A stretch of DNA of 32,000 bases from Wallemia ichthyophaga EXF-994 (lineage: Eukaryota; Fungi; Basidiomycota), in contig NW_008806294.1 in the NCBI RefSeq assembly GCF_000400465.1, positions 60,001 to 92,000 of the forward strand. Direction: 5' to 3'. A program made the position numbers and the translations under genes. Shown one piece after another: positions 9,313 through 21,363 of the stretch (positions within the stretch are counted from its first letter, which is position 1; each line of letters starts with the position of its first letter). Below the pieces are notes generated by a model. It saw nothing but the letters and a program-made list of their open reading frames with translations, was not told where the DNA came from and ran no database searches.

Positions 9313-12300
9313 TCAATGCGAGGAGTGAGAGTTATTTGACGACTTGGTAGAAGCGCCATCATCAGTGCCACTCTCAAGATACTTCTTAGGTGTACTAGCA
9401 CCGCCGTTCAACCTCACCTCTCTGATCTGCTCAATATGGTCAGGCTTGATTCCGTACAGCGCATCGCCTTCGAGCGGCGTAGTAGAGAATACCCAGTCCT
9501 TATCAAAGTGTCTGGAGAGCATCTGTATGGCGTAATCGTAGTCAAGATGATGTGTTAGCTGTCTCCTTGGTTGGACGTTCAGTGAATGCTTGGCGTCGAG
9601 TTGGGAGTCGAGAACATTGGAAGTGTGCGCTCCTCCACTAAGCGCCAGTCTGATCGAATACTCCTTCTCACGGTGAGCACTTCCTATGCTCCTTTCGTAG
9701 AGCTCCAAAGTGAGATGCGCGACATAGTCCAATTCCGGGACATGAGGCCTGTAAATTGTGTTAGAGGGTATAGTCAGTTTAATAGTACACCCACATTGTA
9801 ATTGGTAGACCACTACATAATACCAGTTGTACGAGAGTGTGAATATGTGACTCTTCTGTAGATTATGTTAGTTAAGTTACACCACTCTAACCTCACCCAC
9901 TTGTGAAGTAGATGGAAAAAGACCCCTTTTCAGCATCTCTAGCTTCTTGTAAATCATTCACTATTTTCTTGAGCAGTGGAAGAGACGTCAAAATACCAAT
10001 CTTCTCCTTCTCTTCTGGCTCAATACCATATTCTTGTGGTGCAATGAGATCGAAGAGGGCCTTGGCATGGCCGTAGAGACTATGCAAGCGTCTATCACTA
10101 GGATCTTGCTGACCATTAGGTCTAAAGATAGTATTGAGGAATATACTATTATGCAAACTGTCGTATTTCAGCGAATCGTAAAGTTCAGAGATACGCGAAG
10201 GGTCAAACTTTTCCTGAGTCGTGCTTTCGCAGAAATCACTGAATAGTTTCTCCCATCTCTCCTTGAAAAGTAAAGGATGCTCATTACAACACCACCTCGT
10301 CTGGATATTGTCAACGTCGAGCGTCTCGAAATTTGATCTCATGACGTCGCGGTGATATCTCATCAATTCGATAATCTCAGCCACAACTTCTACGGGCTCG
10401 CCTTTAAGATCCTTTGGCCACTGAAATTGAGGACGCTTTTCTTTCTCGCCTGGACGCAACAAAGTCTTGAGCTTCTTTTTAACAAAATCCATCAATTCTT
10501 TGCCTGCGTTGCTGTCGTCGAGAAGATCCTTCCTGACTATAAGTGGATGTGTTATTGGCTCTTTGCCCTCCTTTCTCTTCTCAGGATCTTCGAGGAACGC
10601 GGCAGCGAATATTTCAGCTGATGCCAACACACGCCTTTCGGAGCTAGAATAAATCTTGCAGTTCTCCAGCATATCCTTGTTCATTATCATCGCATCACCC
10701 CTGAAACTAAATCCAAGGTCTCGAGACTGGTACCTGGCAGCATGAGTGAATTCACCGCCCCACTTGAACACAAGAGCTAATTTCTCAAGAGTGATACCAT
10801 CATTTTTGTTGAAATTCGGTTTTAATTGCGCTTTCGTACCAGGTAAACCAATCTTCTTGGATATGACTATACGTAGCTGTTCAAGTTTCTCAAGCTCATT
10901 ACAACCAAGCTTGACGGCTTCATCAGCAGCTTCAGTGATGTAGTTGAGTTGTTCCGCACGTCTCAAGATGACTTCTTCAGTCGCTCCTCTCAATAAGCGT
11001 ATGAAAGGCTGTGCCCATTTCTCGGAAGCTTGAAAACTAAACTTGATCTTCTGTTTTGGAGTGCGATCGGCGTGTCTGACTACTGTTGCATTTGCTTTGA
11101 GTTTCCAACTACCCTTATCTCTCGGACTACCATTGTGTACAGCTGTGAGTGGACGTTTAGGAGCAGTTTTCCTGCAGAATGTTGACAATATTTCTGCACA
11201 TTTATCGTAGTAGTAGTCGTTACCTTTCACAAAGCTCCATCCATTCACATCAATGACGAAAGCCTTGTCGTCGTATCTCAAGAGGTCAAATCCACATATA
11301 TTCTGCTTGAAAGCCTTGCAGATATTAGTCGCACACTTTTTCTCATCAGCTGTGAGCTCAGTGATGTATCTGATCTCTTTACCGTCTGTGTTGCGTCTGA
11401 CTATACCATCGACTACTGGCGATTTGCGTGTTTCTGCATGTACGAAGCTAGGACCGACAGTGTATACTTTGACATCCTCTGCGTTATCGACATTGATGAA
11501 CTTTTCATATATAAACGAGCCTTCGTAGCGTGGTTCTTGAATTTCAGGGTAGTATTCACTTGACTTGTTGCCAACTTTCCTGAACAATTTGCGTGCACCA
11601 CCGCCTTGAGACATAGGGAAGTAGATGTGTATGTTGTGGTCTTCGCCGTTGACTGGCTTCTCGACAAAAGGCTTCTCGAGTTCGATGCCGTCGATAATGA
11701 TTGCGTCACCGTCTTCTCTCAACTTGACAACTGGCTGGTGAGGGTTTTTGGGGAAAGAGAGACCAAGATCCTTTTGAAGAGCTTCAGCTAGTTGAGGGTC
11801 GATGTTAGGACCACCGTCTCTATCAACACTAATGCGTTCAGCGGTCACAACGCCAATGGAGTCGAGGATAGAGAGAACAAGCCTTCTATCCCAGAGAAGT
11901 TTTTGCATCTGAGGGACATATAAGATGCGGCTAGTGTCATAGAGCGACACCCACAGTGAGATCGTTGATACAGACAGGTTTGCGTAGGTTGACATAGTCG
12001 ATAGCCTTATCGAGAGGGAAACCATCGCTAAAGAAGCTAACCAAGTAATCGCAAAGGGGCCAATTCTCAACGTCTATTGAGGGAATGAGGGGGTAAGCGT
12101 GAATACTAATGATTACGGATGAGGAGCTCACCCTCGTCGAGAATGACTTTATCGCCAAAGATGCAAATCTTCGGGGAAATGAGCTATATTAGGATAACCA
12201 GGATACTCAAACAAACCTCAATATTAGATATTTTCATGATTCTATTGAGTATCGAGCGCATTGGCTTTGATCTCGCTTTACGGTCAAGGGCAGCGACACC

Positions 12301-12333
12301 GAGAACCAATTTAACGTTTGAATTGGAATCCAT
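9313..12333 (-). CDS. VIP1: Inositol hexakisphosphate / PP-InsP5 kinase-phosphatase (Vip1/Asp1/PPIP5K)
   Basis: [77 protein letters not shown]. Phosphatase motif [10 protein letters not shown], then FKWGGE, KESHIHTL and ELDY. Five short introns modelled. First in-frame ATG is at 12333; the start is uncertain. Confidence 0.95.
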
Positions 12334-12422
12334 TTCTTCAGAGTTGAATTTTCTTTTTTTATTCTTATCCTCGTGATCTGTAATTTTGATTTGAACGTCG
12401 TGGTTGTTGGTTGGAACCGGTG

Positions 12423-13622
12423 ATGGTAATTGCAATCTCAGTCAGAAATCTATCCTTCTCCTTTAATCAAGCGGATGAAACTGCGTTGAAGAATCTCAGT
12501 ATGGATATTGAGCAAGGCTCTAGATGCTTGCTCGTTGGTGCTAATGGCGGTGCGTACTCCATTTGATCGCCATTCGCCTTCGGGACTAATTCGGTGGTTC
12601 CGTAGCCGGGAAAAGTACACTGCTGAGGATCTTGGCGGGCAAGCGTCTCACTAAAGGTCATGTACAGGTCTATGGCAAAGATGTATTCCAGAATCAACCC
12701 AGTGTATGTCTTGATTGATTCAATTCTTCCCAATTTCTCACTGTGGCGTTAGGGAATTACTTATTTAGGTACAGAGTGGTGTGTTTTGAATTTCAATTTT
12801 ATTACCTCAAATAACACTTACAAGGGCCATGAATCCCGTCGTTCGTGGTGATATACGCGTTTCAGAGTTCCTTGACTCAGTCGGTGGTTTCAGACACAAG
12901 GATAGAAGAGATACACTGCTCAACATTCTAGATGTGGATGTTGATTGGAGGATGCATCAAATATCTGACGGTGAAAGACGCAGAGTCCAACTTGTGATGG
13001 GTTTGATGGTTCCTTGGACGCTTTTGCTGCTTGACGAGGTGGATTTTTGCTATAATCTACCAAACAGCTTATCTAATACAATCACAGGTCACTGTAGACC
13101 TCGATGTCGTCGTCAGAACGGACCTGATAAATTTCCTCATTGCGGAATCCAAGGAGAGAAACGCGACTATACTGTGTAAGTGGTGCTTTAATTGTCAAAA
13201 TAACTCATTAAGTATATTTAGACGCCACCCACATCTGTATGTTGAACAGGACACTCACCACCTCTCTGACACACCCACACACAGTCGACGGATTGTTCAA
13301 CTTCCCTACACACGTGATGCATATGAGACTGGGAAGCAACGTAGGCAACCCTGAGCCATGGCCGCTTGTACCACAGTCACCACTGCATCACATTATCAAA
13401 CAATCAAACGTAGAAGCTTCGCCACTCCTCAAACTTGCGCTGGCTTGGCTGAGAGAGGATCTGGTGTACAGACGCGAGTATGAAAAGTCCATAGACAGAC
13501 AGCGTGGAGCGAGATCTGAAACTACAGATTCGGAAACATTTTATTCAAGATTTGATTATGTAGGTAAGTGTCTCACAAGAGTTTTTCTAACAAAGACATC
13601 AAGTGGAAAGGGAAATAGGTGA
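12423..13622 (+). CDS. CAF16: Soluble ABC ATPase, CCR4-associated factor 16-like
   Basis: MVIAISVRNLSF start. Walker A GANG|AGKST split by intron 12550-12605. Also YLGTEW, WRMHQISDGERRRVQL, LLLDE|VTVDLDV and ATHI|FDGL. The last exon and stop are uncertain (about 13619-13660). Confidence 0.85.
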
Positions 13623-13866
13623 AATACATACAAAAGTACAAAATAGCTAAAAGAGAAGACAGATGGGTACACTTGCGAATTGTTTGAGACTGTAAAAGTA
13701 CACATTGATGATATAGGAAGTGAGCATTGTTGAGATGTTTGGATGTTCGTTGAATGTGGATACTAAGTTAGCGAGCCAGCAATCAGAGTTGAGATTTATT
13801 TGAGAATAAATAAGTGTGCCTGTTAAGCGCGTACGATGCAAAATTTTGAGAAACCGCTCAATATAG

Positions 13867-14476
13867 TCAACCGACCTGTTCAGTTGGTGGAGGAGTTGGA
13901 GCTGTTGGTCTTCTCGAAGTGTGTTTCAAGGAAGGCCAAATGCAATGTCTACCGATACCTGCTCTGCGAGACTTATAGATTGTCGTAGAAATGTGAAGTA
14001 GAATTGCGAGCTGTTTGATTGTTTCAGGGAGTGATTGTAGGAGATTGATAGTAACTTTATCAGCGTCGGAGGCGTATAAGCCAATAGCGTTGTGCTGATC
14101 CTGGTAGAAGAATTGGTTGTCTGACCACCAGTACTTTATACCGTCAACGGTTGCGCAGCCATTACTAGCGTTTATTTGATACACCGAAGAAGAAGGCCAC
14201 TGACAAGGCGTACATTCCATTTCAACCATACCATCCTCAAAGTCTTTGCACGTAATGAAAGCGAGCGTAGAACCAGCGAGATTACGGAGAATAGTGAGGT
14301 GAATGTCAAACGTGGGGTTCACGGTCTTTGAAATGTATTTGGGAAGATCGTTTGAGGAAATGATGAAAGTGGCTGAGTCCGTCAGCTTTGTCGTTGCTGT
14401 CGTTGGCCTAAGGCGGATGACGGGTGAGTGGATTTATTAGCAACAGCGCATGAACTCACCAGGAGTAACAGTCCAT
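13867..14476 (-). CDS. Hypothetical protein, possibly DUF6593/tubby-C-like beta-rich fold
   Basis: ATG 14476 (MDCYS W). Clean intron 14459-14408 (GTGAGT..CTAAT..TAG) joins in frame to the 151-aa ORF. The pattern DGIKYWW..F..D...IG.Y followed by a C-terminal amphipathic helix recalls DUF6593; the family call is tentative. Confidence 0.5.
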
Positions 14477-14936
14477 CAGTTTTACAGTTATACTTGGTTG
14501 TAATGGATTAACTCGTCCCTCTTAAAACAATTTATCTTTTTGGTGGTCTCGACCAGTCGCTGAGACGACGATGATTTCATAAAGATTCTGAGGCCTCTGA
14601 GGTGTATCGGTAATTCGGAACAGGGGTGATACAGGGGTACGTGTGTGCGCTGCATTGTTGCATCGCCTATCAATGTGCCCGGCTGCAGGTATCAGCGTTG
14701 TAATATCATAGGATCATTCAAATGCAGTAACGCTTTAAATGCGGATGAATATTTATCGTTTTATAATTTATTTAAAAATTATTTACATCTTCAATCAAAT
14801 TGAATTTCATGCTAATTAAGCCCCGAGCTAGCCACCTCGGCCTTGGCTCAAGTTTTGTAATCACATTCCTTTCATTTGACAGTTTCTAATTATTAGAATT
14901 GTGTAGCCTAAGATAAAGTATTCGGTCTACACGGCT

Positions 14937-15260
14937 TCAAATATAGCAGTCTTGTATACTAGCTTTTTTCTCACACCGCAAGTCTGGCCTCGTCGGCTTA
15001 GACGCAGTCTGAAACGCAGTCTGAAACGCAGTCTCACACGCGATCTGGACATGTAATTTGTTTAGATTAAGTATTAAGTCTTTCCCAGTATTCAACAATG
15101 AGTACTCCAATGTAACTGTTTCATTAAGTAAAGTACCTCGGTACCTCTTCAAATTAATATATTGGTCAAATATAATCACGTCGAAGATGTCAATCTTTGA
15201 AGCATTTTCAAATTCAGTAACTCGGTAGCTATTTTCAATGCAGTCTCTATTATGCATCAA
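14937..15260 (-). CDS. Possible hypothetical protein (last exon of a weak 3-exon model starting at 15460)
   Basis: 107-codon open frame in AT-rich DNA, containing an in-frame 12-bp repeat. No homology recognised and the splice sites are weak. Confidence 0.28.
   Translation of the reverse strand: MMHNRDCIENSYRVTEFENASKIDIFDVIIFDQYINLKRYRGTLLNETVTLEYSLLNTGKDLILNLNKLHVQIACETAFQTAFQTASKPTRPDLRCEKKASIQDCYI
15002..15034. repeat. 12-bp tandem repeat (ACGCAGTCTGAA)x2.75
   Basis: Read directly; on the minus strand it encodes TAFQ-TAFQ-TA. Confidence 0.9.
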
Positions 15261-15693
15261 GGTGCATGACGTACACTGTATAACTTACAAATACAATTAC
15301 TAAATACTCAGCGACAACCTCATTCTCCAATTTGACCAATCTAGCTTCATTGATGTGCTCGAACTGATCCTCTCGAATGGCTTTTGAAACATGATTACAC
15401 AAGATTTTCTTATCTCGTTAAAATACAGGATATTTATTCACATTTCAATTCATCAGTCATCTTTATTAGGAAGACTTTTGGGTTACAAGTCTAAGTTTTT
15501 CCAGCTGCCACGCACGATAGCCAAATGAGGGAGAAATGAATTAAATATTTCCAGGGAATGCAGAAAATTCAGTGGAATAAAATATCCTGAAATCGCTGAG
15601 ATGTCTATGGATTCGTCCCATCTTACACGTCACTCGTCTCATTCTATTTCTGATCCGTACAATCGAACTATAACCACCACTACCAGCATCAAA

Positions 15694-16200
15694 ATGGACT
15701 CAAACGTTACATCCGCACTTATCTCTATTGGACTTCCAAAGAACTACGGTTGGGTCGCCCTCGCCGCCAGCTCAACATACTTCCTCAACGTGTATCAGAT
15801 GATCAATGTCAGCAAGGCTAGAAAGAGAGCTGGTATCCCATACCCAAAGACTTACTGTGAAGATAAGGAGAACAAAGCAGGACACATGTGAGGGTTACTA
15901 GCTGACATGGCTTCAATACTAACTATAACAAGCTTCAACTGCGCACAAAGAGCTCATTTGAACACTTTGGAGAGTGTTCCTTATGTTCTCTTTGGTATTC
16001 TCTTCTCTGGATTATTCTTCCCTCGCTTAGCTGCTTCTTTGGGCGCTGTTTGGACTTTCGGTAGGGTAATCTACACTATGGGCTACACAACAGGCGATCC
16101 TTCTAAGCGTCTCTACGGCTTCTTCCAATCCATTGCCTTCCTCACGATTGGTGGTCTTTCTGCGTATTCGAGCGTACAACTCATTCTCGACCAAGCTTAA
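15694..16200 (+). CDS. MAPEG family protein, microsomal glutathione S-transferase 3-like
   Basis: YGWVAL..VSKARKRAGIPYP, FNCAQRAHLNTLES, GRVIYTMGYTTGDPSKR. Intron 15888-15932. Confidence 0.9.
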
Positions 16201-16333
16201 AGGGATAGCTGTAGTATAACCAAACTATCTTTAGAATAATTGATTGTTATATGTATCTTGGGTGATTTCCTTTATTTCTGCTTCTTGTGTGACCCACAGC
16301 TCTTATCGCAGCGACCATCACAGATTTGATAAA

Positions 16334-17216
16334 ATGGCAAAACCAAGGCAGCGTTCAAAGCAAAAGAGCGGCAAGTATACGCCTACGAGAACGACATTCC
16401 ACAAGACATACAAGAAGACAACGCTGAGAAATGTACCCGACGAGCTCGCCAGGCAGTGGGACAAGACCAAGACGCTGAGGGAGAAGTGAGTGTGCTAGCC
16501 ATGGGAAACACAGGGAAACATTACTTACGGAACTCGACCAGCTACGCTAACTTGGGTTTGGCAAGCAACATGAAGATACATGCAGTTGGTGGTGTCGAGA
16601 AGGAGCTTCCTTCCAAAGTTCGCGCAAAGGAGAGCGAGGAGAGCGTAGACGGTGGCGAGAAGGGCACTCCTGAAACTATGCACATGGGTCAGATCATTAG
16701 AGACGATGCTGGAAACGTCCTGGAAATAAGAATGCCTGATACCAACCAAGGTTCCTCCAAAGGCAAATCAAAGGAAGAGGCAACACCTTGGGGTACGCCA
16801 CTTGACGCTACCACTATGGAAACTCCTTCTGTGCCACTCACGTTCGATGACGAGCACAACAGCGGTAAGAAGAGTGCGGATACGGATGCTGTTAGATGTG
16901 AGAGCGCATGCACCAACTCACAATACCTCTAACCACATCCTATGCAGTACTCGAGTCTAAAGCTGAAACTGCTAGGCCCGTCGGACGTAACACCTCCAAT
17001 GACGAGATGAAATGGTTGATAAATATTGTCAAAAAACACGGCAGAGATCTCGACGAAGCTTGCAAGGATCTTAAACTGAATGTTTGGCAGAAGACTAAAG
17101 GAGAGCTGTCTAGAGCGTGAGTTTATCTTGGTGCTTTGTGTTTCCTGTAGCTGACTCGTCACAGTGTGAAGCGTGCTGGTGGATTCGAAGCAGTGGAAAG
17201 CCTAGCAAAGCAGTAA
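16334..17216 (+). CDS. NOP16: Nucleolar ribosome biogenesis protein Nop16
   Basis: MAKPRQRSKQKS, WDKTKTLREN|YANLGL, GGVEKE, EMKWLINIVKKHGRD..KDLKLNVWQKTKGEL. Three GTGAG-type introns; stop TAA at 17214-17216. Confidence 0.85.
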
Positions 17217-17429
17217 TTGGTAATTGGTTAAATATAAATGTGTACATTTATTTATTTTATGCGAAGGTTTGATGATGTGAAAAATCGTGAAAATACGTTT
17301 GTTTAAAATAGTCCAACTAAGCAGCATTTTATAGTCCACAGTTTAATGAAAAATATGAAATTGAAGTTAATGAGTCCAACCATTTCTTCATAATCCAATG
17401 TGAAAATTATTTGCAGTGAAACGATCTAG

Positions 17430-19190
17430 CTAAACAGCCTTATATCCTTTAACTATAAAGTCGTCGTCCTTGGAATACTGCTTCCTACTTGCCTTATTAT
17501 CCCTCTTTTGCCTGTCAATGCCAGGTTTAGCCATGTTGTTTACGATAAGTCGTTTCCACTGTTTAGTAGTAAAGTTAAGTGGACTTCCGAGACCGGAGTA
17601 AATAAAGAAGTCGTAGCAGACACCACCGAGAACTGCGCCTGCAAAACTGCCCAGTATAGGACCGCCGAGCCACCAGCGCGGTTCAGTCCACAGTTCTCGG
17701 CCGTATCCGACGCAACTCAGAGCGAAACGGGGACCGAGATCGCGTGAAGGATTCATCGGATATCCGCTAAGAGCACCTAGGGAGGACCCCAGAGCCATAA
17801 TCACGAGTGCAAGGATGAAAGCACCGAGAGAGGCACCAGGAGGCTATAAAAACATGTGAGCAGCTCCCTGCGCGTGCTACAGCTACCCACACTATTGTCG
17901 CGGTCACCCAGTGAGAGAACTGTGATGGTGAGTATGGCGGTGTTGATTATGTTCTGGAACACACTCAGCCCGATACTCGATAGGCTAGATGGGTACGTCA
18001 CGAAGAGCGCACTGCTGCCACTTGCCGAGACAGTCTTGTCGGGGTCGAGTGTGGTCTGAGTATTTCAAGTCAAGTGAGCTTTTGTAAGAAAGCGAGAAAA
18101 TGATCTATTACCCACCAAAGCCTGACTATAGATGGCATACACGAGCAGACCCCCGCAGAACATACCGACCAGCTGGGCAACCCAGAACTGCCACACCATC
18201 TTCCACGGAAAGCCACGGAATACAGCGAGTGCTAGTGTGAGCGCAGGGTTGAGATGACCACCACTAACACCACCACTGATATAAACACCTGTCATTACTG
18301 CAGATTGGTTAATTCGCACTACCATACTTTGGCCAACAGCTCACCTGCAATACCCCAACTCCAATACAGATTTGTATTTCCTGATGGCAGAATGTAGCTC
18401 TGAACTGACGCACCCAGACCTATAATAATGAATACCATACTCGCTATAAACTCCGCCAGTGGTTCGCGAAAATTCTCACGAACAATAAACCACCAGGAGA
18501 AAATAGGTTCATTTGGGTCATCAAATTTAGCCTGAGTTTCAGGGGTATTAAGCCATTGATTGTGCATCTGACCACCAATCTGACCTGTTTCATTCTCATC
18601 ACCCTGGGAATTTTCAGGTTTCTGATGCTCGTCTTGCATTTCCGTATCAGCCATGGCTTTGTAGTAGGAAGGTTCTTGGGATTCATTGTCAGGTTTGCCA
18701 TGGTCCCTGTTTGGTGCATCCCCTGGGTCTGCGGCATCGTTGATCACACCGCCTATCTGGCCACCTGTCCTGCCGATAGTGTTCTGTCTGCGCGGTGGAG
18801 GAGGTGCTTGGCGAGGTGCTTTGCGCGGCACTTTACGAGACGGCTTCGTGCTCTTGTATCCGGGTTTATTAGCCATCCTCGAGTATATATGGTCGGCAAC
18901 CGCGTCGAGATCCCTCGTTGAACTTGCGCTGGCGTTAAAACCGGACGGTTCGCCAGTATACTCCCCCTGATCCGACCTATCAGGCATGGTCCCTCCTAGT
19001 TTAAACAGCGGCTTGTTCTTCACGCGCCGTAAGCGCTCATCATGCATTGCTCTCGCATTTGGGTGCAGTGTCTGCGCCCGTCCAGACTGGCGCCACTGAA
19101 ATTCAGGCTGTTGTGCAGTGGATTGTCTTTTACGTGACTAGCATTGGCGGCGTGAGTAAGAGGTCCCGTTGTTTGCGCTGCGCTCACCAT
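17430..19190 (-). CDS. Aquaglyceroporin (GlpF/Fps1-like MIP channel) with a long N-terminal extension
   Basis: EPLAEFIAS, SGGHLNPALT and GYPMNPSRDLGPR (NPA/NPS with the glyceroporin Asp). ar/R residues W, G, Y, R by alignment to GlpF. The first exon is ATG alone (19190-19188). Introns 19187-19138 and 18344-18298, plus two GTGGGT introns near 18110 and 17880. Confidence 0.92.
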
Positions 19191-19410
19191 TGCTGGGACT
19201 GTATTTCTTAGGTTATACTCCTTCGTTGGTGTAAAGTCTAACTCCGAGGAGTTGAGGAACCGGCGAAACAAGAAGGCGGATTTCATGTTATGTCGTCATC
19301 GTTTTAGAATTTTGAGTAAAGTAAAAGCGGATATATGCATTAGAAAGAGATTCTACAAGACGGTTTAATTATATTTATATAAATAAATGAGCGTGTATCT
19401 ATCTGGATGT

Positions 19411-21298
19411 TTACTTCTCATCCTTGTCATCATCCTGGTCATCCTCCTTGCCATCTTCCTTGTCCTCTTTGTTCTCATCTTCTTCCTCTTCCTCCTTATC
19501 CTCCTCGTCTTTGCCATCCACCTTGCTCTTTCCATCAACCACCTTGTTCTCGTCGCCCTTCTTCTCCGCCAAGATAGCGCAGTGCTGTCCGCCGGCGCTA
19601 ACGAGCAGAGCGTCGACTTTAGTGAGAGCAGTATTATCAATCCGTGTAGGTTCCTCGATGCTCTCCGCCGCACCGTGGCCGAGCTGGCATGCATTACCGT
19701 ATCCCCAACTATACACGTGACCTTGATCGCTAACAGCAAGGTTGTGTCTAAGCCCTGCGCTAATCTGCTTTATCTTGGTCTTCGATGGACCGTCTTCCCA
19801 AGGTGTATTTCCAGGTTTTGGCTCGTCTGGTGTAGGTGGGGGAGGAAACTGTATTCTGACAGGCTGGTCTACGTACTCATCTGCAATAGTACGAGGCGCC
19901 TCAGTATCTTCCACATTCGTTCCCAACTTCTTAGCTTTCTCGTGTCGCGCATCATCCGCGACCTTTTCGTTGTTTTCGAGGATAGCTTGGTAGGCTGGAT
20001 GGTCTTTGCTCAAGCCCAGCTCCTTACCGTCGCACCTACCGCATCCCCAGACCTGGCCGTTGTCGAAGAGGAAAAGGGTGTGGTGCTCGCCTCCGCTGAT
20101 CTGCACAACGCGGCTGCCGTCGTGCTGATCTGGGTGAAGGGCATCAATAGGCGTAGGCACAGCAATAGAGTCCTCATAGCCATCTCGGTCATCACTGACA
20201 CCCGTCTGACGCATTTTGTTCAACCCCCAACCGAACACAACGCCGTCTTGGTCGGTCGCGAAAGAGTGGTATGAGCCTGTACCAACAGCAACAATCTTTC
20301 TGAGGTGAAGAGGCTCAGGAGTGAGGCCATTCAGCTTGCGTCTCTCTATTACCCTTCTGCCGAGCTGCTGCTGCTGGCCGTTGCCCCAAGCGTAGACGAT
20401 GCCGGCTGTGGTGAGAACGAGGGCATGGTCTGCACCACATACAGCTTGCACGGCGCGATGTTTGGCGAGTTGGGGTAGGATTGATGGTAAAACTTGCTTG
20501 CGTGCTCCGTTTGGCTTGCCGTCGAAACCGAGCAGACCGTCGTTGGACTGTGGGGGGAGTTAGGGGCGTGCTTAGTGAAGCTAGTCAAGTCAAGTCCACC
20601 CACATTGAAAGAACCCCAGGCGCGTAGTTGACCTTGGTCGTTGATTGCTAGGGAGATATAGTCACCTGCAGCGACCCTTACAGCCCTGAAGTCATCCAAA
20701 CCGTCGACTTTCATCGGGACCGTCTCGAGTTCTTCAGCTTCAACGCCAGTATCAGTAGTGATTCTGCCGAGGGACATACCGTCATTAACACCCCAGGACC
20801 AAATCTTGCCATCGGAGTCAATCATGAGATTGTGCATTCCACCGGCAGCAATCTGTTCAACACCTTGTGGACCGAGATTGTTATCATCGATGGCATCCTC
20901 AGTCCATTGATGTATACGCGGTCTCTTGATCTCACCGAGAGTGTCAACGCCTAAACCAAACTGACCAAAGTCACCAGTACCAAAGACTAAAAGAGTTTTA
21001 ATTTGATTAGTTGAAGTTAATTTTGGCAGCGGATTCAAAGAAACTGGTTCGATCGCGGGTAAGCGGGGTTTGGCTGGCTGGCGACGTTTAGTTGGCTTAG
21101 AAGGCTCATCATCGCTATCATCGCTTGCCTTCCTCTTCTTGGAAGCGGTGGAAGAAGTGTGTGCGCGTTGAATTGGTTTCGTAGGGGATTTAGGGATATT
21201 TGAGGCGACTCTTTTAGATTGACGCGTTGGCTGGGAATCTTTGGGTTGTAAGTGGGTGTAAAATACCTCTATTACAATCACTAACTCTTCACGGGCAT
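19411..21298 (-). CDS. SRM1: RCC1 / Ran guanine-nucleotide exchange factor (Prp20/Srm1/Pim1)
   Basis: RCC1 repeats FGTGDFGQFGLG, IAAGGMH, WSWGVND, CGADH, WGNGQQQQLGR, SGGEHH and WGYGNACQLGHG. Basic N-terminal tail (KKRK) and acidic C-terminal tail. Introns 21285-21239 and 20603-20548. Confidence 0.92.
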
Positions 21299-21363
21299 AT
21301 CAAACACTCTTGGTGGATTAGAACCGAGGGAATCACATCGAGGAAATCAAATACAAATACATT

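Noticed and set aside
17265-17420. TGATGA (C-box-like) plus repeated GTGAAAA and AGTCCA words between NOP16 and the aquaporin
   Set aside because: No matching CTGA D-box or terminal stem; consistent with AT-rich convergent 3' UTRs.
19387-20274. 295-aa plus-strand ORF
   Set aside because: Antisense shadow of RCC1. Its hydrophobic N-terminus is simply the reverse complement of the acidic GAA/GAT-rich tail.
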